A DNA stretch of 64,000 nt from Promethearchaeia archaeon (GCA_046483985.1 JAWOCD010000017.1:32001-96000), one strand, 5' to 3'. Positions 30,779 to 40,797 are shown, numbered from the stretch's first letter. Notes: generated by a model from the letters alone, not told the origin. Made by a program: numbers and translations.

Positions 30779-32668
30779 CTACTTAGTTATCCAAATCGGT
30801 GAGAGCCAAGCCATGTGATTATCGGGCAAATGAATTCGCACATAGTAGAACATAAATTCCTGGGATTTTTCAGGATGCATAAATGTGTCTTGAAAAAAAT
30901 CGGAATTATCTATGAATGTTTCCTTAAATGAGTGAGTATCGGGCTCTAAACTTGCAAAAATTTCATTATTCCGAATTAATTCAACTTTTTTAATAGTTAA
31001 TCCGCTAAACACTTTAATAAGAATCTCTCTTTTCGTTTTAAGGTGTGAATTTTCTTCTAAGTCTATGATATCTCCTAAAGAATGTCTGTTAATCCAAAAA
31101 TTACCAATAATCCGTGGACCTGTAGTTCCGTAACATTTTCTGCTTTTCAGTGCTTCCCAAATATTCTCTTTGGTTAGATCTTTTGCCCAGACACCAAGAA
31201 TTCCGGGGGGATAGATGCCGTTGCGGACATCAATGGGTCCAGAAGGATAAATTCCATAGTGATCGTCCCCTCCAGCAGTAAATCCCAACTTATTCCCCTG
31301 CTTTAGGGCGGTTTGGACAAAGCCTTCTTCTTTTTCTAAAACGGGCCCCCTTTCATCACCGTATTTTCCCCAACTGTATAATTTATAACGTGGTGGAAGT
31401 ATATTTCCATCCCGATATGAGTTTTCTTGATTCCCCCATGAAGAATATATCTCCACTAGATCTTCAAGAGAATCGTCAGAAAAAGTCCAATCTCGGTAGC
31501 CAGGTCTTACCGCGGTATGATGAGCTATCAAAAGGACTTGATCCCGATATCTTTTGAGATACTTAAAGAGTTTTGGAATCGAATTATATTTATTTAGTTC
31601 TGACCTGAGAATCGGTAAATTGTCGGACCGGTGATAGATACAGACATCTCCAAATCCTCCAGTATACCAGCTTCCCCATTCATATCCGAAAAAGCTAACA
31701 AAATCGTCTCGTTTATTATATTTGCGCACTATCTTTTTGATGTGGGAAAAATCAGCATCGGTAGTTTCCCAAGAGTGATCGTGCTCTGAGCACGTTCCAA
31801 AATCCAACTTAGCGTTAATAAGATTTTGAAAATATTGTTCTGCACTGATCATTCCATCACTCTTTCGGGTATGCCCATGAAGAAAACCCCAGTATAACTG
31901 ACGGTCTTCACCTTTTAACTTATTGACACATAAAATCGGATTTGAGTCAAAACTTTGATATTGCGTAGAAACACGAATCTTAAAGAGTCCCGGTTTATGA
32001 ATTTTCTTACTTTCAATAGTCATTATTCCATTTTGCGGATTGGGTTTGAGCCTTTCACTAATTTGTTTAAAAATAGAGGAGTTATGAATTAGAGCAATAT
32101 TTAATAACTTTTGATATTTTTCAATGGGATTGTAATATTTGTCTTCAAATCGGATAATAAATTTAAAAGGTTCGCCAGCCTCCACCATGGAGGGACATAA
32201 GATTGTTAAGTGATCGAACTGCTCTGATTCAACCGTAACTGTTGGCGGATTTTCGACATATAACACCTCACCATTCGGTAATCGGACAATTATTTCAATC
32301 CGTTTGTTCTCTTCAATAATCGATTGAACTAACGTGTGGTGAATGTTAATTTCAAAGGTTGTCATCTTCTCAATTGGATCACTCATAACCAAATATTGGA
32401 CGTAAAATTCCTTCCCAGTACAGAGCATGGGAAATAACTGAGAAGCCGATTCCGTTTTAAGTTGGAAGTAACCATCAAACCCAGAATCAAAGGGTTGAAC
32501 CTTATACCAATCATTTTTATTATTTCTCCCTCCGCGAAAGCGAAAGGTAATTGTTGAACTATTCGGTAACGTTTGGGGGAATGTAAATTTCATGGATATA
32601 TCCGCTTTTGATCGAACTTGAATATGTTGAGGCTCGATTGTTTTATCAAAAATTTGAATATACTTCAT
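30779..32668 (-). CDS. DUF3604/PHP-family metallohydrolase
   Basis: WGFLHGHT..SDG, SEHDH, GYEW, AHH, GFTAGGDDH, YGTTG, AWLSPIW. Confidence 0.82.
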   Translation of the reverse strand: MKYIQIFDKTIEPQHIQVRSKADISMKFTFPQTLPNSSTITFRFRGGRNNKNDWYKVQPFDSGFDGYFQLKTESASQLFPMLCTGKEFYVQYLVMSDPIEKMTTFEINIHHTLVQSIIEENKRIEIIVRLPNGEVLYVENPPTVTVESEQFDHLTILCPSMVEAGEPFKFIIRFEDKYYNPIEKYQKLLNIALIHNSSIFKQISERLKPNPQNGIMTIESKKIHKPGLFKIRVSTQYQSFDSNPILCVNKLKGEDRQLYWGFLHGHTRKSDGMISAEQYFQNLINAKLDFGTCSEHDHSWETTDADFSHIKKIVRKYNKRDDFVSFFGYEWGSWYTGGFGDVCIYHRSDNLPILRSELNKYNSIPKLFKYLKRYRDQVLLIAHHTAVRPGYRDWTFSDDSLEDLVEIYSSWGNQENSYRDGNILPPRYKLYSWGKYGDERGPVLEKEEGFVQTALKQGNKLGFTAGGDDHYGIYPSGPIDVRNGIYPPGILGVWAKDLTKENIWEALKSRKCYGTTGPRIIGNFWINRHSLGDIIDLEENSHLKTKREILIKVFSGLTIKKVELIRNNEIFASLEPDTHSFKETFIDNSDFFQDTFMHPEKSQEFMFYYVRIHLPDNHMAWLSPIWITK

Positions 32669-32865
32669 CTAATTATTAAAATCCTCTCTGAATTAAAAAC
32701 TAAATTTTCTTGGGCATTCCATATCATTTTGAAAACATTAAGGAAATATTTATTTCCTATTTCTAACAATTGATAGACCGTTTGGCTATATGCGTAATAA
32801 ATATGATCTCTTTTTAATCAAGAAAGATTAATAGAAATAAAATCTAAAATAGCTTTTAATTTTTG

Positions 32866-32881
32866 AAAAAAAAAAAAAAAA
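32866..32881. repeat. A16 homopolymer upstream of the roadblock operon
   Basis: 16 consecutive A ending 21 nt before the ATG at 32903. Confidence 0.7.
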
Positions 32882-32902
32882 TATTGAACAGAGGTTTGGT
32901 CA

Positions 32903-33283
32903 ATGTCTCAAAAAATGGAAAAAGTAAATAATTTATTAAATGACCTTGAAAATAAAGTTCCAGATATTTTGGGTTCTGCAGTTATAAGAACAAACGGGTT
33001 GGTTATTGCTTCTGCTCTTCCGAGCGAAACAAATGAGCGTATGATTGCCGCAATGTCAGCAGCACTTCTTGGAACTTCGAAAAGAACTGCCGAAACCTTA
33101 TTTGAGGGTGGAAAGTTTAAAAGCTTAAATCTTGAACTTGATAAAGGGGATCTCTTTTTAATCGGTGCAGGAAGGGTGATATTGGTAGCACTCACCAAGA
33201 AGGAGCCTAATATCGGATTAGTTACACTCGAGATGGAAGATAAATCAAAAAATATTAGTCAAATATTCCAAATGGAGGATTAA
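32903..33283 (+). CDS. Roadblock/LC7 (MglB/LAMTOR-like) protein
   Basis: ILGSAVIRTNGLVIAS..IAAMSAALL..NIGLV. Confidence 0.92.
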   Translation: MSQKMEKVNNLLNDLENKVPDILGSAVIRTNGLVIASALPSETNERMIAAMSAALLGTSKRTAETLFEGGKFKSLNLELDKGDLFLIGAGRVILVALTKKEPNIGLVTLEMEDKSKNISQIFQMED

Positions 33284-33287
33284 ATAA

Positions 33288-33755
33288 ATGTCAGAAGAAA
33301 AAATAGGCGAATTAAAATTTATTGCATCGATGTTCCGGATGGCTATTGAGGAGTTTAACAATGTAATGGGACCTGAAACAATTCAGACGATCTTTAGACT
33401 TATTGGAGAAAATCAAGGAAAGGAAGTTGCCAAGCGAATGCGAGAGAAGTTTAATCTCGAAAACTGGACATCATCCGATTTTGCCGAGAAATTTCCTAAG
33501 GACGTGTTAGATCCTGTTCTTGGAGAAGGCAACACAATTGTAAATGTAGAAGGCAATAAAATTTCACTTGTCTTAAAAGAATGTCCATTCCAACGTGCTG
33601 GAATCGATATTAGCAACCAATTTTATTGCACATACACTACAGGATTGATCGAAACGACGGCTCACGAATTATTGGGAGATGTTGAATTTGCCACTCAAAA
33701 ATTGCGGGCCAAAGATGGAGTCGATTGTACTTTTACTCTGGAGATAAAAAATTAA
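33288..33755 (+). CDS. V4R/Bet3(TRAPPC3)-fold protein with three conserved Cys
   Basis: IGENQGKE, ECPF, YCTYTTGLIE, DCTF. Confidence 0.75.
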   Translation: MSEEKIGELKFIASMFRMAIEEFNNVMGPETIQTIFRLIGENQGKEVAKRMREKFNLENWTSSDFAEKFPKDVLDPVLGEGNTIVNVEGNKISLVLKECPFQRAGIDISNQFYCTYTTGLIETTAHELLGDVEFATQKLRAKDGVDCTFTLEIKN

Positions 33756-33823
33756 CAAAGGAATTACTTATGAGTCTATCTATAATTCTAAAAGATTAAC
33801 TTATTTTTGAATTTTTATTATTT

Positions 33824-35537
33824 TATGCCGACATAAACAGATTTATGTCGGGTCTTATGACCTATCAGTTCATATAATATAATTCACCCATCTCCTGTTT
33901 CATAAACAGATATAAAGGGTTTTAATAACTGTAGATTGGCCCTAGTTTATTGATCTGATTAGAATCTTTTTTTTCTCTGCTGATTGCGCCCCTTACCTTT
34001 AAATATTAACATGAATTAGAGAAGTTAAGGAGTATAAAAGTTTACTATGATTATATTGGAATATAAGCGAAAAGATTCGATTTATCAAAAACAAATAACG
34101 GATCGGCTCTATGGATTAGAAATACGGCGATTTAACGGAAACATTCCAAAAGAACGTTATAAAGCAGAGAAATTATTATCAAACGTGCCGCGTAAAAAGA
34201 AGAAAAAACGGGGGAGAAAAAAGAATTATCTCGACCAATTCTATAAAATTGATCATTTTCTCAAGCGAGGAGAGTTGACCGAGATAAAACCCCATTATCT
34301 TTTACGATTCCGACATGTAGAGATTTTACCAGCCTTTAAAGTAAAGGCTCAGGGCATTCGAAAGGTAGAATATCTGATGCTCAAAGAATATAAATCATTT
34401 ACGGGATTTTTTGAATATCTTACAATGTGTAATGATTTTACCTACTTCGATGCCCTTCAGGTGAAATTAGAGGGAGAGGGAATAACATTTCGGAATAAGT
34501 TTTTGCATGACATCATCCTTTATGAACTCGCACGGATTCAGATCGGCATAGATACCTATACGGGTTTTATGAATACCGTGAGATTTATGCAACCGTTATT
34601 TTTAAGGAACCTCTTACATGACCCGGATTACTTTCCCGATGTGGATACCGTCAGCCATGTGTTGAGAGCCGTTCCGCTTGAAGCCTTAAAGAAGTACTTC
34701 TTTAAGTTGGTGGATGAGGCATTTCAATTCAAGATTGCTAAAAGTCGAATACTGATCTGGGACTGCCAATTCGTGCATTCAAATAGCAGTGACCGGTATC
34801 ATGCAACAGAAGGGAGTTATACTGACGAAGATGCGAGGTTTTGTAAGCATAATGGAAAAAATTACGGTGTGGGCTATAAAGTCTCCACCATTTATGGTTA
34901 CTGCGGAACACGGTCGGTGCCTCTTTTTTGCAAGTTATTTCCGGGAAATCAAGACGAATATTCCGTATTTCGGGACACTTTCGAGCAGTATTTTCAATTG
35001 GGATATCCCAAACCACAGATCATTTTAGGCGACGGAGGTCCTTATTCCATTGAGATTTTACGATGGCTCTTTAATCTGGAGATTGTCCCTCTCATAAAAG
35101 GGAGAAAAAATATTAAACATCAGAACGTGAAGAAGTTAAGCGATAAATACTATGTAAATATGGATTTTGTCCCGTATAATTGGAGTAAGGATGAGCTTCT
35201 TACCATTATGAGAGTTAGATCCGAAATTGAGCGATGCTTCGCCCATAACACGGTAGTCTACAACGCTCGCCGGGCGAATGTGCGGGGTATTCAAATGGTT
35301 TCCAAACATCGCTACTTGATTTTAATCTTAGACCTTCTTAAAATTCTGACCGCCTACAAAATCGGGCGCCCCGACTTAATCGGGAAATGCCGTATCTTTA
35401 CACGGACAAAACATGTGAATTTTGAGGCGGTTTTCCCTCCGCTTGCGGAAGAGAAAGGATATCAGACATTCCCGCCTCGTGAACGAAAAATGGCGACGAA
35501 ATTCTTCCATCCATAATTGAGATTTCCGTCGGTCTTA
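33824..35537 (+). mobile_element. insertion sequence (IS4/IS5-like DDE); ends approximate
   Basis: transposase ORF; left tatgccgacataaac versus reverse complement of right end taagaccgacggaaat; no clear target-site duplication. Confidence 0.55.
34047..35516 (+). CDS. DDE transposase (DDE_Tnp_1-like)
   Basis: LIWDCQF (D), GYKV, LGDGGPYS (D), RVRSEIERCF (E). Confidence 0.85.
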   Translation: MIILEYKRKDSIYQKQITDRLYGLEIRRFNGNIPKERYKAEKLLSNVPRKKKKKRGRKKNYLDQFYKIDHFLKRGELTEIKPHYLLRFRHVEILPAFKVKAQGIRKVEYLMLKEYKSFTGFFEYLTMCNDFTYFDALQVKLEGEGITFRNKFLHDIILYELARIQIGIDTYTGFMNTVRFMQPLFLRNLLHDPDYFPDVDTVSHVLRAVPLEALKKYFFKLVDEAFQFKIAKSRILIWDCQFVHSNSSDRYHATEGSYTDEDARFCKHNGKNYGVGYKVSTIYGYCGTRSVPLFCKLFPGNQDEYSVFRDTFEQYFQLGYPKPQIILGDGGPYSIEILRWLFNLEIVPLIKGRKNIKHQNVKKLSDKYYVNMDFVPYNWSKDELLTIMRVRSEIERCFAHNTVVYNARRANVRGIQMVSKHRYLILILDLLKILTAYKIGRPDLIGKCRIFTRTKHVNFEAVFPPLAEEKGYQTFPPRERKMATKFFHP

Positions 35538-35670
35538 AAATAACAATTTTCAAAAATAAATTATTCTTATATCTTGATAGATAAACTCTTATTTGAAAAT
35601 CATTAAATATTTTTCTTTTGGTTAGTTAATATATTTAATATAATAATTTATCTTTAGGGAAGTTTTTGAA

Positions 35671-36447
35671 TTGATACATAACATCTTAATTTTAAAAAGA
35701 TCTGGAGAAAATCTGTTTGGGAAGGGTTTTCCAACGGAAAAGCATGAAGAAGATATTATTAAGTGGAATGATACCCTCACAAGCGGCTTTATATCAGCAA
35801 TGTTTGGATTTACACAGAAAACTTTTAAAGCAGATATAAACGATATTGAGATCGGTCCTTTTCGTGTACTGTTTGAAAGTGCTGGAGAAAGTGAAGAAGA
35901 TTCTGATGATCTAATTCTTGCAGCATTCTTTGATAGACAAGATTCTATCATTAATGTCAGAGAAAAACTGCTAAAACTCAAGAAAATAATTAATGAAGAT
36001 TATTGTGAAGCATTGAGTCAAAATCTCTGCGATAAAGAAGCTTTTGTGGGTTTAGAGAAGGATATTGAGAAAGTTATGGAGATTTCTTCGGATAAGAGAC
36101 TTAACTCAGAGACAGAAGATCAATTAAAAACCACATTAAATGATTTCCGTTCAAATTCAGAGATTTTAGACTGTGATCTTATTACTGTTTCAGGAGTACC
36201 TCTGGCAAAAGAATGGAAACGAGAGTTCTTACAATTATGCTTGAGGCAAATTGATGCTTTTTGGAAGTCTAAACAGTATGTCGTCGATCAAATCATAATC
36301 TCTTACCGAAAACGCCATGTTATCTTGTATAAAGTGAATGAGCAATTCGTATTGACAGCGCTCTTAAGGAGAAAAACTCCACTCGGGATGGCAACCCTCC
36401 TTGTTGAAGAGGCTGCAACGAAAATAAATAAAATAAGTGTGAAATAA
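35671..36447 (+). CDS. longin + roadblock domain fusion
   Basis: IHNILILKRSGENLF..LTSGFISAMFGF (longin); ILDCDLITVSGVPLA..TPLGMATL (roadblock). Confidence 0.75.
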   Translation: MIHNILILKRSGENLFGKGFPTEKHEEDIIKWNDTLTSGFISAMFGFTQKTFKADINDIEIGPFRVLFESAGESEEDSDDLILAAFFDRQDSIINVREKLLKLKKIINEDYCEALSQNLCDKEAFVGLEKDIEKVMEISSDKRLNSETEDQLKTTLNDFRSNSEILDCDLITVSGVPLAKEWKREFLQLCLRQIDAFWKSKQYVVDQIIISYRKRHVILYKVNEQFVLTALLRRKTPLGMATLLVEEAATKINKISVK

Positions 36448-36488
36448 TAAAAATTATTGACATAGGCAATACTGAGGGATAAAAAATA

Positions 36489-36899
36489 ATGGGATTATTG
36501 TCCAAAATATTTGGAAGTAAAGAGATTGAATCTGTAAAAGAGTTAGAGAAAAAACTTTCTTCGGTCCATAGAAATACTCAATGTACTATTCTCAGTTTTA
36601 TTGGACTAAAGGGCAGATTGAAGGGCTTACCTCTAATTTATGAGGCAAAAGATGAGAAAAAATTAAAGCAAATTACCGCCCAATTAATTGAATTTTTTCC
36701 CTCTCTTCATAAGTTAACACTCGGCGGAAACGTGGAGAAGTTTAATATTGAGTTTAAAAAAAACTCGCTTTTCTTTAAAGAAATTACGAATAAAATAGGC
36801 TTTTTTGCAGTTGCAGAAAAATTTGAATATTTAAACGAGGCTGACGAGTGGCTCAGTAATAATTTCAATTCAATTTATAACATATTTTTGGTAAAATAA
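36489..36899 (+). CDS. divergent roadblock/profilin-fold protein with N-terminal amphipathic helix
   Basis: MGLLSKIFG start; helix-beta-beta(GLPL)-helix-beta3-helix pattern. Confidence 0.55.
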   Translation: MGLLSKIFGSKEIESVKELEKKLSSVHRNTQCTILSFIGLKGRLKGLPLIYEAKDEKKLKQITAQLIEFFPSLHKLTLGGNVEKFNIEFKKNSLFFKEITNKIGFFAVAEKFEYLNEADEWLSNNFNSIYNIFLVK

Positions 36900-36916
36900 T
36901 AAGGAAATATATATAT

Positions 36917-37477
36917 TCAAGCCAATTTTAAAAAATCAGCATCGGTTATAATTCCGATGTACTTGTCAAACTCTTTTACCAAAACCGCGGGGTAATTCGT
37001 TAACAATTGGGAGACCGTACTGATTTTCCATGATTTCTGGATCTCCGGAAAAGGTAACTCTTTTAAATGTTCTATGCTAATATTCGACAGATCTGGATGC
37101 TCCGCAATGTACTTTTGTATCCGTTTGGCGGTGAGGCTCCCCAGATTTTGATTACTCTCTAAAATAGGCAGTTGGGAGATCTGATGTTTATTCATTAGTT
37201 CAATTGCCTCTGTTATGGTGGATTCTATGCCGATCGAAACAATTTCCTCCGTCATAATATTTTCCGCTGTCTTTTTAATTTTGTTTTTCTCTATTTTTTT
37301 ACCGATTAAAAAATTGTACACTAATTTCACCTTGGAGTAAGGAGGATCAATCCTTCCGGTTTCAATTCGAGATATACTTGATTGTGGAATATTCAATTCT
37401 TCCGCCAAATCAGTCTGAGAGATTCCCAATTGTTTCCTTAACTTTTTTAATTCAGATAATTGGGGCAAAAATTTCAT
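36917..37477 (-). CDS. XRE-HTH + tandem CBS transcriptional regulator
   Basis: LRKQLGISQTDLA..QSSISRIETGRIDP; ISQLPI; GIITDAD. Confidence 0.9.
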   Translation of the reverse strand: MKFLPQLSELKKLRKQLGISQTDLAEELNIPQSSISRIETGRIDPPYSKVKLVYNFLIGKKIEKNKIKKTAENIMTEEIVSIGIESTITEAIELMNKHQISQLPILESNQNLGSLTAKRIQKYIAEHPDLSNISIEHLKELPFPEIQKSWKISTVSQLLTNYPAVLVKEFDKYIGIITDADFLKLA

Positions 37478-37664
37478 TTTTATAAGCTATAGCTTTAGTT
37501 TTATTAAAATAATCCCTCCATATCAATTTGCAACTAATAAAAAATAAATATATATCTTAATAATTGATTGGAGACCATTTTTCATTCTTAGATTAGATAG
37601 GTTTTATTATCAAATAGAAAGGAATTGTTGCATGCTTTCAGTGATTTTTCAAATTATTTGATCT

Positions 37665-37750
37665 ATGCATATCTTATGCATTAAATGCATAATCTAAAAA
37701 TTAATATTTATATTTTAAAGATTTTTTTCTAAGATATCTCTCTAAGATAT
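37665..37750. promoter_or_regulatory. candidate operator: palindrome ttatgcatt-a-aatgcataa, three ATGCAT hexamers, tctaagatat direct repeat
   Basis: perfect 9-bp inverted repeat at 37674-37692; direct repeats at 37728-37737 and 37741-37750 in the divergent intergenic region. Confidence 0.55.
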
Positions 37751-37822
37751 TTTTTATACTCTTAACATTTAGAAAATATTAATATTAAATGTAATTAAAT
37801 ATTGTCTCACATAGGTGATTAA

Positions 37823-39301
37823 GTGACTAAAACTTATGCGGAAATAAATAAGAAAATTGAAAAAGGAACTGCTGTTGTAGTTACTGCAGAGGAAATGATT
37901 AATATTGTTGATGAACAAGGGGTAAAAGTTGCTGCAGAGGAGGTTGATGTTGTTACGACTGGTACTTTTGGTCCAATGTGTTCGAGCGGCGCTTTTTTAA
38001 ATTTTGGACATAGTGATCCTCCTATAAAGTTTGAACATCTTTGGCTAAATGATGTTCATGCTTATCATGGGAATGCAGCTGTAGATTGCTATATTGGAGC
38101 AACACGATTGGCTGATAAGAGTCCCTATGAATATGGGGGAGGGCATGTCATAGAAGACTTAGTTGCAGGTAGACCCGTTCGTTTACGGGGCAATTCTTAT
38201 ACGACAGATTGTTATCCCCTCGGTGAGATTGACACGGAACTCACCCTCAATGATCTGAACCAAGCTATTTTATGCAATCCAAGAAACGTATATCAAAGGT
38301 ATTCATGTGCCGTCAATAGTACTGAAAAAACACTTTATACATATATGGGCAAATTATTACCAGAATTCGGAAATGGCCATTATGCGGGTGCGGGATCCCT
38401 AAATCCTTTATCCAATGATCCCGATTATGAAACTATTGGTTTGGGTACACGCATCTTTTTAGGTGGTGGAAAAGGGTACGTTATTGGAGAGGGAACGCAA
38501 CATAATCCTAAAGATCGATTTGGAACGCTTTTTGTAAAAGGAAATCTAAAAGATATGAGTTCGGAATACTTGAGAGGAGCCACCTTCAAGAATTATGGTT
38601 CCACTATGTTTGTTGGGGTAGGGATACCCATTCCCATCTTAAATGAAGGATTAGCTAAGAAAACTGCAGTAAAAGACGAAGATATTATTACTGAAATAGT
38701 TGATTATGGTGTTCCCCGGCGCGATCGTCCTACACTTAAAAAGACAAATTATAAAGAACTAAAAGAAGGAAGTATTCAACTAAATGGGAAAACAATTAAA
38801 GTTTCTTCCTTATCTTCAGTCTATTATGCCAGAAAAATTGCAAACGAATTAAAAGAATGGATCCAAGACGGGGATTTCCTCCTATCTCAGCCGATAGAAA
38901 GATTATCTCGTGAAAGGGAGTTTAAACCAATGAGACAGACAAAAGAAATGGAGTTTGTGAAAGATTTAAAACGGAACGCGATGATATGTTACGAAGATTG
39001 CGATATTAAAGTGGTCGCCGAGAAGATAATTGAAGGGGATATTAATCATGTGATTGTCACCGATAAAGAACATCATTTAGAGGGAATTGTGACGAGTTTT
39101 GATATTACGCGAGCTATTGCAGAAGAAAAAAACGATATTAAAGATATTACTACAAAAAAAGTTATTACCGCTAAGGATGATGAACCCATCGATATTGCTG
39201 CCAGAAGAATGCGTGTAAATAATATTTCGGCTTTGCCTGTTATTGATGAAAATAACATAGTTACAGGAATTCTTACCTCGGAGGAGTTGATGTCAAGATG
39301 A
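37823..39301 (+). CDS. L-aspartate semialdehyde sulfurtransferase (homocysteine biosynthesis, DUF39 + CBS)
   Basis: DVVTTGTFGPMCSSGA, YGGGHVIEDLV, NDPDYETIGLGTRIFLGG; C-terminal CBS pair; GGTGA SD before the GTG. Confidence 0.93.
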   Translation: MTKTYAEINKKIEKGTAVVVTAEEMINIVDEQGVKVAAEEVDVVTTGTFGPMCSSGAFLNFGHSDPPIKFEHLWLNDVHAYHGNAAVDCYIGATRLADKSPYEYGGGHVIEDLVAGRPVRLRGNSYTTDCYPLGEIDTELTLNDLNQAILCNPRNVYQRYSCAVNSTEKTLYTYMGKLLPEFGNGHYAGAGSLNPLSNDPDYETIGLGTRIFLGGGKGYVIGEGTQHNPKDRFGTLFVKGNLKDMSSEYLRGATFKNYGSTMFVGVGIPIPILNEGLAKKTAVKDEDIITEIVDYGVPRRDRPTLKKTNYKELKEGSIQLNGKTIKVSSLSSVYYARKIANELKEWIQDGDFLLSQPIERLSREREFKPMRQTKEMEFVKDLKRNAMICYEDCDIKVVAEKIIEGDINHVIVTDKEHHLEGIVTSFDITRAIAEEKNDIKDITTKKVITAKDDEPIDIAARRMRVNNISALPVIDENNIVTGILTSEELMSR

Positions 39302-39693
39302 CAATTATAAATGTGACAGTTCCGTTTCGATTAATAAAAGAAATAAAGGACTACTCCGAAATTATCAATACGATCCTAGAACATGATGTCTCGTTTAATA
39401 TTTTGAAATTTTCTCTCGGTTCTAATGGCGTTTCCCTTCTATTGGATGTTCCAGAAGAGAAAATCAAAACCATAACTGAGTCATTAGAAAAAAATGAGGT
39501 TATCGTTAACCAAAAAGGACAGGTTATTATCGACTTTGAACTATGTACTCATTGTGGCGGGTGTATTTCCCTATGCCCTACTGATGCATTGCACTTCGAT
39601 GAGGAAGATAAACTGAATTATTCAGAAGGAAAATGTATCAGCTGCTTATTATGTTTGGATTCCTGTCCCAGAAATGCTATTGATGAGAGTTAA
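39298..39693 (+). CDS. NIL-domain 2x[4Fe-4S] ferredoxin partner of the homocysteine synthase
   Basis: ATGA overlap; CTHCGGCISLCP and CISCLLCLDSCP. Confidence 0.9.
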   Translation: MTIINVTVPFRLIKEIKDYSEIINTILEHDVSFNILKFSLGSNGVSLLLDVPEEKIKTITESLEKNEVIVNQKGQVIIDFELCTHCGGCISLCPTDALHFDEEDKLNYSEGKCISCLLCLDSCPRNAIDES

Positions 39694-39823
39694 TTTCCAC
39701 ATCAATCTTTCGATTTTCTATGGTTAGTTTATTTTGGAGATAAAATTACCGCGAAATGCACATTAACTAAAGTTGAAAAAGAAGAAAATCGGATTATCTT
39801 TGGTATGGAATGTTTTAACGATC

Positions 39824-39868
39824 TGCGAAAGAAGTCCCCATCCCTTTAGGGAGGGGATGAATTTCGTA
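39824..39868 (+). mobile_element. solo IS200/IS605-type terminal hairpin (copy 1)
   Basis: tgcgaaa-gaa-gtcccc-a-tccc-ttta-ggga-ggggat-gaa-tttcgta nested palindrome; no tnpA/tnpB nearby. Confidence 0.6.
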
Positions 39869-39928
39869 TATTATACAAACATTTTCTCTGGCGGAAAGAT
39901 ACAAAAAATAAAAAAATTAAATTGAGAC

Positions 39929-40702
39929 TTAGATTTTCCCTTTCCGTTTCATGATATAAAATATTCCGATCGTCAGCGAAACTCCTGAGATAACAAGTAA
40001 TGGAATTATCCAGAGAAAGGGATCTCCATTCTCTGAATCATCAGTGTTATTGTTATTTGATGTATAAGAGGAGGTAGATAATTCTACCTGGTAGATTACT
40101 GTACCATTGTGTTCGATAGTAAATCTGTTGGAGAGCCCCTTATCCGTGTAATACCAAGATAGATTATACTCTTTGTTGCTTTCATAACTGTGAAATTCTG
40201 TTAGTATCCCATCCGAAATAGTATAATAAGAGTCGTTGAATCGATTTTTAGTTTCATATGTTTCATTTAATGCATCCGCGTAGGCTTCTACGTGATTGGA
40301 AGGAATAAGAACTCCGGTATCCGTATCCCAACCTCGTGTAAAATTTAAGGTTTCTGATGATGAGTTAAAAAACACATATTGAGCATTTTCCATCACGATA
40401 TCCTCTATTTGGGAGGAACTATTATAGGCTGTAAGAGTTACATTAATTTGGGCTGTATCCAGCCCTGAACTAGTTATGGAATCAATAGTCATTTGAAACT
40501 CAGAATTTTCAGGAAGATATTTATTGGAACCGTTATTTTCCGTCACAGTCCACTCGTAAACTTGACCTTCATTGATTTGCCATTCTATATCTTCTGCAGA
40601 AACTTTAATCCCCCTTATAGGAGTAATGGTCATTCCAATTGCCATAAATATTATTAGGAGCCATGAAGTCAGAATTTTATGTGAATAATCCATAATAACC
40701 AT
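39929..40702 (-). CDS. secreted cell-surface protein with C-terminal TM anchor
   Basis: signal peptide, many N-x-S/T sequons, N-rich linker, TM followed by KRKGK. Confidence 0.8.
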   Translation of the reverse strand: MVIMDYSHKILTSWLLIIFMAIGMTITPIRGIKVSAEDIEWQINEGQVYEWTVTENNGSNKYLPENSEFQMTIDSITSSGLDTAQINVTLTAYNSSSQIEDIVMENAQYVFFNSSSETLNFTRGWDTDTGVLIPSNHVEAYADALNETYETKNRFNDSYYTISDGILTEFHSYESNKEYNLSWYYTDKGLSNRFTIEHNGTVIYQVELSTSSYTSNNNNTDDSENGDPFLWIIPLLVISGVSLTIGIFYIMKRKGKI

Positions 40703-40797
40703 ATTTTTTATTTGGTGATAAAAAAAAGGATGATCTATTTAAAAGAAATAAGGTATAATTTTTCCCACATCTGAAGAAAAGGGATTTAACTTATAAG

